From positions 1 through 20,853 of the forward strand of contig JBDRKP010000013.1 in NCBI GenBank assembly GCA_043813875.1: a stretch of DNA of 20,853 nucleotides. Reading direction: 5' to 3'. The stretch comes from an archaeon (lineage in GTDB: Archaea; EX4484-52; B79-G9). Under the pieces are notes generated by a model, which was given only the letters and a program-made list of their open reading frames with translations, was not told the DNA's origin and made no database searches. Below are positions 8,420 to 17,639 of the stretch, in pieces. Every line of letters starts with the position of its first letter. Positions within the stretch are counted from its first letter, which is position 1. The translations under genes and the position numbers were made by a program.

Positions 8420-11164
8420 ATGGAATTACTCATAATATCATTCATATTTCTGCTATTCACTGTAAAAACAACGCTTCTGCATTATATATTCACAATAATA
8501 CTCCCGGGATTCTTATTCCTTTCACTAATCGGCATAGAACCGAAAAAAAGATTCATCTTCGCGATACCTGCAAGCATTTTCATATCACACTGGCCATACT
8601 TCACACTTACGCGCCTTGGGATGAAAATACCATCAGAATATTTCTATATCATCCCAATTATATTAATCGTAGCCTACATCCACTACAAAAAAGAAGAATT
8701 AAAGACAGCAACAGAATACCTAACAAAAATCAGTTTCACCGGCCGAATCAAAAAGAGCACCCTCGAGATGACAATGCTCGCAATAATCATGATCAGCATA
8801 TTCTACTACATATTTTCGGTCTTTATAAACGTGGATGCAGTAGCGCTCACCATGGGCGCAAAAACCGTCTTCGAAACAGAAATCCTGCGTGACAATATCA
8901 TTGAAGGAAGTGGAGCAATCGGTTGGTCAGACAGATGGTTTGGCGGCATGCACATGTTCATCTCATATCCAATCATATCCTACCTCCTCACAGCAACCGA
9001 ATCCCTTCACATAGACGCATGGAAAGCACACAACAGAGGGATATTTTTATTCACATTCCTGACAGGGCTCTACCTGTTCTACTTCCTGAAAGAACTGAAA
9101 ATAGACAAAAAAATCGCCTTGACAGCCGCATTCATATCTATCTCGCTTCCTGCATTTGTCCAGGTAAACAATGTCATAAAGACAACAATCGATCTGCTGC
9201 TCATCGTCATCTTTCTTCATGCTCTTAACAACATACTCAAAAAAAATGACAAGGCTAACTTCATAATCCTCACAATGACATTTCTCGCATGGTCAATGAA
9301 CTATTATCTCTCTGTCTACGACATGATACTTCCCACAACCATGTTCCTCATATTATACTTCATAATATCAAAAGAGAATACAGAATCAATACTATCCAAA
9401 CTAAAAAGCATATTTTCTGCGGGATTGTTAGCACTTTCAATGTCTGCGCTATGGACAATACCCTACATTTACGGTTTCACATCAAAAAGGTTCGCACTGA
9501 CAACATACAGCGAATTCACTCGATATCCGCTAAATAATCTGCAGGAATTCATGAAGTGGATTGCAAAACCGATAGAATACATCGCAACCCCGGAAACCCA
9601 GACCGCGCTAAAATTCGAGATCGAAACATTCACGACCCTCACACCCGCAATGTTCTACTTGGGACTCATTGCAGCTATAGTTGCCCTGATTTATGCGCTC
9701 AGAGAAAAAAAAATCGAGTATGCCTACCCAATAATGTCAATCGGGGTCCTCTTATTCATCACCATCCAGCTGACACCATTAAGAGACATAATACCTGCAT
9801 ACTTCGCAATATACGGCCAGATATACCCATACCTCCCACTTGCAATACTCATGAGCATAAACCTGGGTTTATTCATGCACATCATATCAACCAAAACAAA
9901 AGCACATCTAAAAGTAGACACAGTATGGCTGGTAATAATAATCACATTAGTAATATTGATTCCGACAATCCAATATTCACACAATCTCGGCCAATTCCTA
10001 AGAGAGACAAGCGTTACAGACAGAGCCAGCTTCGACTCAATATACAACGCAGTAGACATCTACGGGAAAGGCGGCACATTCGTCATATTTGGTATATATG
10101 GACCTGGCATCATTCCGGCAATAACAAAGTACACGAGCGTAAACGCATTCAGCGGATACGGCTACGATTCTCACACAACCCTCCAGCAATACGAGAAACG
10201 CATCCTTCCCTTCCAGGAAGGAACAATGGACAACCTCCTGACAGACAACCCGTATTATGCCTACAACATCTTCAAGCAAAGCAACGTAAAAGTACTGATC
10301 TTCAACATATGCCAAGACAACGGAAGAAAAGCATATGAGACATTATCCCTCGACACACGCTTCAAAGAGGTCATAAGAAGCCAATGCATAATACTCACAA
10401 CAATAGAAAATCCTGCCAAAGCAGAAACAATAGCACTCACAGAAATACTCGTGGACAATCCGCAAGACGACCTGTCGCATGAAGTAAAAAGACACGGCTC
10501 ACACAGCCTCCTCCCAAAACTCTTAAACAACCGTGAAAAAGCAATCACAGCCATTTTGCAGGTCCCAGCAGCAGAGCACCTCCACTTCACAGCAGAAGAA
10601 TTCGCTCTGCCTATAGACCGTTACACGAACATCATAATCAACCGCACAGCCACCAAGTCCGAGATAGAAACATACCTACAAAACAACAGCACCGTGATAT
10701 ACTTCAGAGACGACATAAAGATAGATAACCCAAACTTCCACACATACAAAGAATATCCGAAAAACTCGACAGAACTAAACGAAATACTGGAAAACATGAG
10801 GATTATAGACACACCAATAAACGCAGGAAGAAAATCAAACACATGGACATTCAACAACAACGACCTGACACTCATAAAAGAGACACACTATGAAAAATGG
10901 CACTCAAATGCAGACATAATAGAAAGTTACCTCGGCTTTATGATTGTCGACGCAAAAGGTGAAACAAAAATAACAGTCAAACAAACAATATGGGAAATCA
11001 TAGGAGGAATTATAACAATAATAGGATATTTAACAATTACAGCATTATTAATCAAAAAGAGAAATATTAAGAACAATAATATAGGAATAAGTAATGAAAA
11101 AGAAAAAAATCAGAAAAACAGGTTCAAGAAAAGACCAAAAAAAAGAAAAAGAAGCCGGAAATGA
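8420..11164 (+). CDS. Large polytopic membrane protein, probable GT-C-fold glycosyltransferase (YfhO/PTPS-related-like)
   Basis: About 520 aa multi-TM N-region with loop GWSDRWFGGMHMFISYP, a large soluble domain, a C-terminal TM and a basic tail. The ORF is secure; the function is tentative. Confidence 0.6.
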   Translation: MELLIISFIFLLFTVKTTLLHYIFTIILPGFLFLSLIGIEPKKRFIFAIPASIFISHWPYFTLTRLGMKIPSEYFYIIPIILIVAYIHYKKEELKTATEYLTKISFTGRIKKSTLEMTMLAIIMISIFYYIFSVFINVDAVALTMGAKTVFETEILRDNIIEGSGAIGWSDRWFGGMHMFISYPIISYLLTATESLHIDAWKAHNRGIFLFTFLTGLYLFYFLKELKIDKKIALTAAFISISLPAFVQVNNVIKTTIDLLLIVIFLHALNNILKKNDKANFIILTMTFLAWSMNYYLSVYDMILPTTMFLILYFIISKENTESILSKLKSIFSAGLLALSMSALWTIPYIYGFTSKRFALTTYSEFTRYPLNNLQEFMKWIAKPIEYIATPETQTALKFEIETFTTLTPAMFYLGLIAAIVALIYALREKKIEYAYPIMSIGVLLFITIQLTPLRDIIPAYFAIYGQIYPYLPLAILMSINLGLFMHIISTKTKAHLKVDTVWLVIIITLVILIPTIQYSHNLGQFLRETSVTDRASFDSIYNAVDIYGKGGTFVIFGIYGPGIIPAITKYTSVNAFSGYGYDSHTTLQQYEKRILPFQEGTMDNLLTDNPYYAYNIFKQSNVKVLIFNICQDNGRKAYETLSLDTRFKEVIRSQCIILTTIENPAKAETIALTEILVDNPQDDLSHEVKRHGSHSLLPKLLNNREKAITAILQVPAAEHLHFTAEEFALPIDRYTNIIINRTATKSEIETYLQNNSTVIYFRDDIKIDNPNFHTYKEYPKNSTELNEILENMRIIDTPINAGRKSNTWTFNNNDLTLIKETHYEKWHSNADIIESYLGFMIVDAKGETKITVKQTIWEIIGGIITIIGYLTITALLIKKRNIKNNNIGISNEKEKNQKNRFKKRPKKRKRSRK

Positions 11165-12740
11165 CAAAAAAGTCCAGGATCACATAGAAAAAAACATCTT
11201 CAACCTGTCAAACACAGACCTGCTCGCAATCATCCTGATCATAGGGCTCTTCGGCTACATCTACTTATCAAACATCAACGCCTACGACTCGCTCATGTAC
11301 GACGAGGCAGGCTACATCACCATGGGCCGCACGCTCGCAGTCGAGCACTACCACGGCATAGATGTCCAGGGCACAAAAGAATCCTATCGCCAGCCCCTGT
11401 TCCCACTTATGATAGCATCCTCATTCCTCATATTCGGCATATCATACACCGCCGCAAAGATACCGGTAATAATATCAGCGCTCATGGCAATGATTGTCAT
11501 CTACATGCTGGTCCAAAAAATATACGACAGGAAAATAGCATTCTTTTCAGCAGCTATGCTTGGCGCAATCCCCCTGACTCTTCAATACGTCGAAAACATA
11601 CTCTCAGACATCCCGTCGGTCCTCTTCTACACACTGACGATGCTCTCATTCTACATCGGCATCGAAAAGAAAAACAAAAAATACCTATACATCGCATGGC
11701 TATCATTCGGCCTCACATTCCTGATAAGATACAACGCGGTACTGATAATAGCCTCAGTCGCAGCATATTTAGCCATAAAAATAATAACCGGACAGACAAA
11801 ACTAAAAGACCTGACAGATAACAAGGACTTCATGCTCTCACCAATCGCCGCACTGATACCACTTGCGCCATACTTCATCTACCAGCAGCTGACCTTCGGC
11901 GACGCCTTCATAGGCATAAAACAAGCAAGAGGCGCACTCGACATGACCTGGGGTGCAGGCCCATGGCATACCTACATCACTCAGGCACCACAATACCTCA
12001 CATGGCTCGGATTCATACTCACAATATTAGGTATTGCCTGGACATTATACAAAAAAGACAGGTTCGGGATATACATGTTAACTTGGGCAATAATCCCATT
12101 GGCATACTTCTCGGCGCAGATCCTAAAAGACCTCCGCCTGATAGACACGATAGCTGCCCCGCTGACGATCTTCGCTGCCCTTGGCGCATACAATATCATC
12201 GCAAAACTAATCACCCGTGACCTCAAACTAAGCGGCAATATCACGCAGCTTGCAGTACCCGCAATAATGCTCATATACATCATGTACGCTGGCTACACCG
12301 ACGTCCTTCCGCGTTTCCAGCAAGTCCACGCCCTCGGCTACCCCTCCCTCCAGTTGGCAGGAGAATGGATACAAAAAAACACAGAAAAAGACGCCATCCT
12401 CATGACCGCAAGCGAACCGGGCCATCAGTGGTACAGCTATAGAAAGACAGTTGGCTACCCAGAAGAAGAACGACTTGTAGACACAATAAACGAGAAAGGA
12501 GTAGATTATATTATAATCGATAACTACGAAAGGATGCAGCCACCATACATCATAGAACTCTTCACCTCACGCTTCACAGAAAACGGGATGCTGAAATACC
12601 CACAAGACGCGCAACAGATAATGCAGTTCCAGAAAGCGCCCTATCAGGCATCGACACTAATCATCCCCGCAGGACTATTCCTAAAAAGAATGAACGAACA
12701 ACAACCAACCTCTCAGATTGAAACACCACAAACACAGTAA
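11094..12740 (+). CDS. ArnT/PMT-like (GT39/GT83, GT-C) lipid-linked-sugar glycosyltransferase
   Basis: MYDEAGY acidic motif after TM1, RQPLFP, ILSDIP, FLIRY, KDLRL; many TM helices plus a C-terminal soluble domain. Confidence 0.85.
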   Translation: MKKKKIRKTGSRKDQKKEKEAGNDKKVQDHIEKNIFNLSNTDLLAIILIIGLFGYIYLSNINAYDSLMYDEAGYITMGRTLAVEHYHGIDVQGTKESYRQPLFPLMIASSFLIFGISYTAAKIPVIISALMAMIVIYMLVQKIYDRKIAFFSAAMLGAIPLTLQYVENILSDIPSVLFYTLTMLSFYIGIEKKNKKYLYIAWLSFGLTFLIRYNAVLIIASVAAYLAIKIITGQTKLKDLTDNKDFMLSPIAALIPLAPYFIYQQLTFGDAFIGIKQARGALDMTWGAGPWHTYITQAPQYLTWLGFILTILGIAWTLYKKDRFGIYMLTWAIIPLAYFSAQILKDLRLIDTIAAPLTIFAALGAYNIIAKLITRDLKLSGNITQLAVPAIMLIYIMYAGYTDVLPRFQQVHALGYPSLQLAGEWIQKNTEKDAILMTASEPGHQWYSYRKTVGYPEEERLVDTINEKGVDYIIIDNYERMQPPYIIELFTSRFTENGMLKYPQDAQQIMQFQKAPYQASTLIIPAGLFLKRMNEQQPTSQIETPQTQ

Positions 12741-12747
12741 AAAGATC

Positions 12748-13773
12748 TCACAGAAATATCAAAAAAGCGATCATGCATATGATGAGTTCAAACCCAATCA
12801 ATACCATTGAAATCTGCCACTCCTTATACCTGTTAATCTTCATCACAACATGAGTCAAAGAACATATCTTCTTATCCGGCGCCAGAAGCGTCCCATCCCT
12901 CTGCAAGACCCCGAAACTTTCAGCCTTGAACCGTGACCTAGCCTTCAGGACAAACTCGATAAACCACGGGATGAAACAGAAAAGAGCAAACTTTTCGATA
13001 TTACCCAAAATCGCCACAGTGGCAGCCACCGCCCCGATAGTATAAGTCAGGCTGTCGCCTGCAAACATCTTTGCAGGATACCAGTTATATATCAGAAAAG
13101 CCACAAGCGAAACAACAAATATGAACGCGATTGCGGCTGCAACAGTACTGCCGGTCTGGACATAAGCATACAGTCCAAGAGAACTGATCAGAACAATACC
13201 TAAACCCGCTTCAAGGCCATTCATTCCCGCAAGCATGTTCGTAGCATTGGACGCACCGAATATAGCCAGAGGAATCATTAACAAAGGATAGAAAATCCCG
13301 ATATCCACAGGCCCGAAAAAAGGGATAGAAATCACAGAGACACCCGCCTGTGTCACCATAAGCGGCACAGCAGCAGGAAGCGGCAAAAGGAACTTATGGC
13401 GCTGCCGGAATCCGGACCTTTTCATCGATTTATGATCCTTGGAATCAACATTCAAGACATTCAGCCTCAAAAGAGTAGTAAGATCATCAAGCATCCCGAT
13501 AAGCGTTATAAGCGTAACCGTAAGCATGGCCGCAAGAAGTGTTATATAGACTTCATTCCTGAATATGAAAGTATTATTCGTCGTATAAAGAAGTATTCCT
13601 GCAAGAAACCCCACCAAAACAGGCAGACCCCCCATCTCGGGTATTTCCGGTCGGTTCTTCTTCTGGATATCCTTGCCGACAACAGAGATGTTATTTAAAA
13701 AAACAATCGCCTTCGGCGTCACAAGCATGGTCGTGATGAAAGTGACGGCCACGGAAATCAGAAATATGATCAT
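12748..13773 (-). CDS. aglH: UDP-GlcNAc:dolichyl-phosphate GlcNAc-1-phosphate transferase (AglH/Alg7/MraY-WecA family)
   Basis: GKDIQK..IPEMGG, MLDD, NATNMLAGMNGLE, YNWYPAKMFAGDS motifs; 7 bp downstream of aglB. Confidence 0.85.
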   Translation of the reverse strand: MIIFLISVAVTFITTMLVTPKAIVFLNNISVVGKDIQKKNRPEIPEMGGLPVLVGFLAGILLYTTNNTFIFRNEVYITLLAAMLTVTLITLIGMLDDLTTLLRLNVLNVDSKDHKSMKRSGFRQRHKFLLPLPAAVPLMVTQAGVSVISIPFFGPVDIGIFYPLLMIPLAIFGASNATNMLAGMNGLEAGLGIVLISSLGLYAYVQTGSTVAAAIAFIFVVSLVAFLIYNWYPAKMFAGDSLTYTIGAVAATVAILGNIEKFALFCFIPWFIEFVLKARSRFKAESFGVLQRDGTLLAPDKKICSLTHVVMKINRYKEWQISMVLIGFELIICMIAFLIFL

Positions 13774-13780
13774 AAGATCA

Positions 13781-16147
13781 CTACTTTACTCGAAGATCTG
13801 CTGAAGTATGCGTCTTCCACCATAGAGAAAGCTCTTCCTGCGTAGACTTATTCAGATTCACCTTGAATATCTTGATTTCCTGATTATCAAACACTTTTTC
13901 CACATAAGGCACTCCTGCACCATTCATAAGATACAGCTTCGTGAAAACAGAATTTCCTATATCTTCACTCGCAAGATAGACCAACTGGGGCGTAAGGAAA
14001 ACACAATTATCAATCACAGCCTTATCATTAGGCGGATTAAGAGGAATCAGACCATCCATACCGCAGATGGATTTGATATATGCCTCCTGCCCCTGCATTG
14101 TAGACAAGACAATATTGCCCTCAAGCTGTCCGCCCTGATTTATAGGAACCCACAATGAATATGGTCCTGCCGAATATATGAATATAGACACATTCCCCTG
14201 CTCAATTTTTTTCTGATACTGCATCCCAAGATATGACTCAACCTTATCGCCATAATTTGCGATCTTCGACATGGCCGCATACTTTCCGATCATGGAATAA
14301 TCAACAATAATATAATCAGTATTGAATTTGTTCAGGTAGAACCTCTGCTGGCTCTCATTCATCATGCCCGTAAAATACTGAGCAGTAGGCCTGTTACGAT
14401 CTGCATAATTATTACCGCCATCAAGATTCGTAGGCCTCTCCCCCACAGTCTCGAACCAGTACCCGAAATCCCACCACGACAAGATGACTGATCCTTCCGG
14501 CGTCTCTGTCTTCAAAAAATCCATCGCCTGCCCCCAGTTAGGAGAAAACGACGGACCCAGATTGCTTGCAAGCACATATCCGGAAGCCATATTCACAGCA
14601 AGAACAAAGACAATAAATAACCCTGCACCCACAGAATAAACATTTATCTTCTCCTCAAACGATTTCGCCTCTCTCATCAGCTTTGTGTTCTGGACAAACC
14701 GGATAAAATTAGACATAAAATATCCTGCAAGAAGAGCCAGATAAGGACCTAGCATAAATGACAATCTTATCTTTGACGCAAACCCAAGCATCGACGAATA
14801 CATGAAAAGAAGCATCAAAGCATTCATTGGATTCTTCCTTGCAACAAGTATAAGCGTCAGCATAAACGAGAATACAAAATAAGTCTGCATCTCAGGAGCT
14901 TTAGACACCATGAAAAGATAATATGTGACTATGCTCATAAGTCCTGAAAACGCACCCAGCATGAAGAACTTATCCTTCTCCTTATATACCTTGTGAAGAA
15001 TAACAAATATGGCGGCAAAGGCGAATATCCATATACTCGCATAGTTCAATATCGGAGTTAACTGTGGAAATATAGATTGAGCATAAGGCGTCCCGAACTG
15101 CGACACAAAGTCATTCCACCCGGCATCCACATTTTCCGCAACAGTAGATTCAATGACCTCTTTATGATAAAATAAAAATTTATTTACGCTAAATACAACT
15201 CCTGCCAGTTTTGTAGAAAATATCGCACCGATGAACAAAAGAATACCGCCGAGGAAAAAAACACCAGGCCCAAAATAAGGCAATTTAGCGCGTTCAACAA
15301 TATTAAATCTTTCAACAAGAAAACGCAAAACAAGTATCGAAAGAGCGATGTAATGCATCATCGCGATTGATGAATCAGTACCATAATAAGTCACGCTTAT
15401 CAACACAATCGGCACATAAGCCTTCAAAAGCGACTTTAGCTGTTTATTGACAAGCAACACTAAAAGCACATACCCAAGAATCACGAGCAATATCTGCTGA
15501 ACACCCCCCCATACAGTTGCCATGGCAGCGATAGAAAGCCCGGCAATAATACCAGAGATTAGCGAATTCTTCCTTCTAGATCTTATAAAAAAATAAATCC
15601 CGACAAACATCAAAAATCCGGCAAGAGACTCCTTCTCAAAAAAGCCAGCAGCAGTCCTAAAAAGAACAGAACCCGAAACCGCATAAAACAAAGCAGCAAA
15701 AAGGCCGGTAGTTTTATTATGTAATTCTTTACCGATAAAAAATAACGGAACGACAATCAATGCCCCCATAACCGCCGGAAAGACCATTGCAAAAGTATGA
15801 AAATCTACTGCAACAAATTTAGATATTATTACATATATGACTGCGGGAATATAAAACATGCCAATGAATTCGCTGCGCAAATCAATGCCTGTCGGTGCAT
15901 AACGCAGCGTATCAATAGCAGGCAGATGAAAATTATTCTCCACAACATACTGCGTCATACGCGAAAGATAATAAGGATCAATGCCGATGAAAATATTATA
16001 TTTCGCAGAAAACATGCGAATCCAGAGAGCGAACACAAAAATCAATGCCAAAAGAATAAGATACCCGTATTTCCTAAGTGTTTCATTATTCATTATCTTC
16101 TTCAGGTCGATTTCTTCTAAAACATCAGAATCTTCACTCATATACAT
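13781..16147 (-). CDS. aglB: Oligosaccharyltransferase AglB (STT3 family)
   Basis: GIDPYY, RTAAGFFEKE, STVAE, SWWDFGYW, DGGN, DYSMIGK (DK motif). Confidence 0.96.
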   Translation of the reverse strand: MYMSEDSDVLEEIDLKKIMNNETLRKYGYLILLALIFVFALWIRMFSAKYNIFIGIDPYYLSRMTQYVVENNFHLPAIDTLRYAPTGIDLRSEFIGMFYIPAVIYVIISKFVAVDFHTFAMVFPAVMGALIVVPLFFIGKELHNKTTGLFAALFYAVSGSVLFRTAAGFFEKESLAGFLMFVGIYFFIRSRRKNSLISGIIAGLSIAAMATVWGGVQQILLVILGYVLLVLLVNKQLKSLLKAYVPIVLISVTYYGTDSSIAMMHYIALSILVLRFLVERFNIVERAKLPYFGPGVFFLGGILLFIGAIFSTKLAGVVFSVNKFLFYHKEVIESTVAENVDAGWNDFVSQFGTPYAQSIFPQLTPILNYASIWIFAFAAIFVILHKVYKEKDKFFMLGAFSGLMSIVTYYLFMVSKAPEMQTYFVFSFMLTLILVARKNPMNALMLLFMYSSMLGFASKIRLSFMLGPYLALLAGYFMSNFIRFVQNTKLMREAKSFEEKINVYSVGAGLFIVFVLAVNMASGYVLASNLGPSFSPNWGQAMDFLKTETPEGSVILSWWDFGYWFETVGERPTNLDGGNNYADRNRPTAQYFTGMMNESQQRFYLNKFNTDYIIVDYSMIGKYAAMSKIANYGDKVESYLGMQYQKKIEQGNVSIFIYSAGPYSLWVPINQGGQLEGNIVLSTMQGQEAYIKSICGMDGLIPLNPPNDKAVIDNCVFLTPQLVYLASEDIGNSVFTKLYLMNGAGVPYVEKVFDNQEIKIFKVNLNKSTQEELSLWWKTHTSADLRVK

Positions 16148-16188
16148 GACACCATAAAAGTATTGTGTAGTAATGTTTCATGAATGTT

Positions 16189-16196
16189 TTTAAATA
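16189..16196 (-). promoter_or_regulatory. Putative TATA box for aglB-aglH
   Basis: Minus strand AAAG-TATTTAAA about 42 nt upstream of the ATG; GGTG SD-like site at 16150-16153. Confidence 0.45.
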
Positions 16197-16314
16197 CTTT
16201 GCCCTCATGCATATCCAAAAGTGCAACATATAAATTTCAACAATTAATAACCGCAAAATGCATAACGAGTATACATTAAACCCGACACGCAATAATACAA
16301 AAATATCAGAAAAC

Positions 16315-17061
16315 CTAACCTATCTCCGCAACCGCGCTCAACAACGCAAAAACAACCAACACAAAAACCGTAGGCACCCCCACAGCAATCAGCACCGGCT
16401 TCTTCGGAAGCCGATGAACGATAGAAAGATTATATACCATCATGGCATACCCATAGATCACAGGAATCACCCACAGATACGGCAGGAAAGCAAGCACAAC
16501 AACAGACAAAGAATACGCAGATACCTGCAGCGTATCAAAAAGAGCGCCTCTTCCGCCCAATAGCCGAAGCAGCCGGTTCAGGATATAACCGGACACAAGA
16601 AAAACGACAGTATAAAACAGGATATCATAGAAAAAAAGAGCCACAAGAGAAAGAAACGGCTCCCCGAAAATAAATTTTCCAAGAGATGTGATGAGAGAAT
16701 ATATGCACAGATTCAGGACAACATAGATTATGATTTTTGACGTCACTTTATCTTCCGACTCTTTTATCCCGTCAATGAAATTCATAGGATTCAAAAAAAC
16801 CTTCTCAAGCTTATCGAAATGATCCTTAAGATCATAACTCCTTATATCAACATCAAAAGTCTGTATCAACTCCTTCATCTGGACAAAATCATCAGCCTCA
16901 TAGCTGATTACATCCCTGGCTTTTTTGATGGCATCAGCAGCAGCCTGAGAACTGTAACCGAAACCGAACAACGATTCCTTAATCTCATCCTCAGTACAAC
17001 CCGCTTTAAGACGGCCTTCAACCCAGTCCCTGAGTCTCTGTTCTTTAGGATCTTCCTGCAT
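16315..17061 (-). CDS. Yip1-domain membrane protein with small N-terminal helical domain
   Basis: KVFLNP..F, LLGGRG..DTLQVSAYS, LSIVHRL..K are Yip1-like; about five TM. ATG 17061 with GGTGG SD is preferred over TTG 17082. Confidence 0.75.
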   Translation of the reverse strand: MQEDPKEQRLRDWVEGRLKAGCTEDEIKESLFGFGYSSQAAADAIKKARDVISYEADDFVQMKELIQTFDVDIRSYDLKDHFDKLEKVFLNPMNFIDGIKESEDKVTSKIIIYVVLNLCIYSLITSLGKFIFGEPFLSLVALFFYDILFYTVVFLVSGYILNRLLRLLGGRGALFDTLQVSAYSLSVVVLAFLPYLWVIPVIYGYAMMVYNLSIVHRLPKKPVLIAVGVPTVFVLVVFALLSAVAEIG

Positions 17062-17082
17062 TCCCACCACACCATCAATCAA

Positions 17083-17634
17083 TCATGACCTGAAAACAAT
17101 ATCGCCGCGAACCCCTTTCTCCTTCGCAAGATCAAAGTAATTCGAAGTGATAAAATCATCCTTTCCAAAACCCAGTTTTTTTGCAACACCAACTATATAT
17201 TTCTCCTTCCCCTCGATCTCAACATATGAACCGAACGGCAAAGTATCAAGACATACCCCTGTACCAGAAACTGCCCATCTCTCCCTCACCTTCTCATAAA
17301 CCAGCGCCTGTTTGAAGCCGAGTGCATTAAGCATATCCTTCGCCCTCTTGAAATCTGACACATACGCCTCGAACTCCTGCCTCATCTTTGTGGCGCCCCC
17401 CATTTTCGGACCCTTGACAGTAAGCAGCACAGATTTTATAGAACCCGAAACACAATCAGTTTCGCACCTAAGCCGAAGCCCCACATCCTCTGCCTTAAGA
17501 TCTCCCGCATTATTATCAAACAGCACATTCTTTTCATCGACCGTCGACATATGCTTCGCATTGATTTCAATAAGCGCATCCCTGATCCCATCAAAAGAAT
17601 CCATACATATCTTCACCTCGTTCTCAACAGCCAT
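17083..17634 (-). CDS. CYTH / class IV adenylate cyclase-like triphosphate tunnel metalloenzyme
   Basis: ENEVK (ExExK), LRLR, LTVKGP, RQEFE, YEKVRERW, LDTLPFGSYVEIEG. Confidence 0.9.
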   Translation of the reverse strand: MAVENEVKICMDSFDGIRDALIEINAKHMSTVDEKNVLFDNNAGDLKAEDVGLRLRCETDCVSGSIKSVLLTVKGPKMGGATKMRQEFEAYVSDFKRAKDMLNALGFKQALVYEKVRERWAVSGTGVCLDTLPFGSYVEIEGKEKYIVGVAKKLGFGKDDFITSNYFDLAKEKGVRGDIVFRS

Positions 17635-17639
17635 TTAAC

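Noticed and set aside
9556..10338. 260-aa alternative-frame ORF inside the 914-aa gene
   Set aside because: His/Arg/Asn/Gln-rich composition typical of off-frame reading of a T-poor strand; no motifs.
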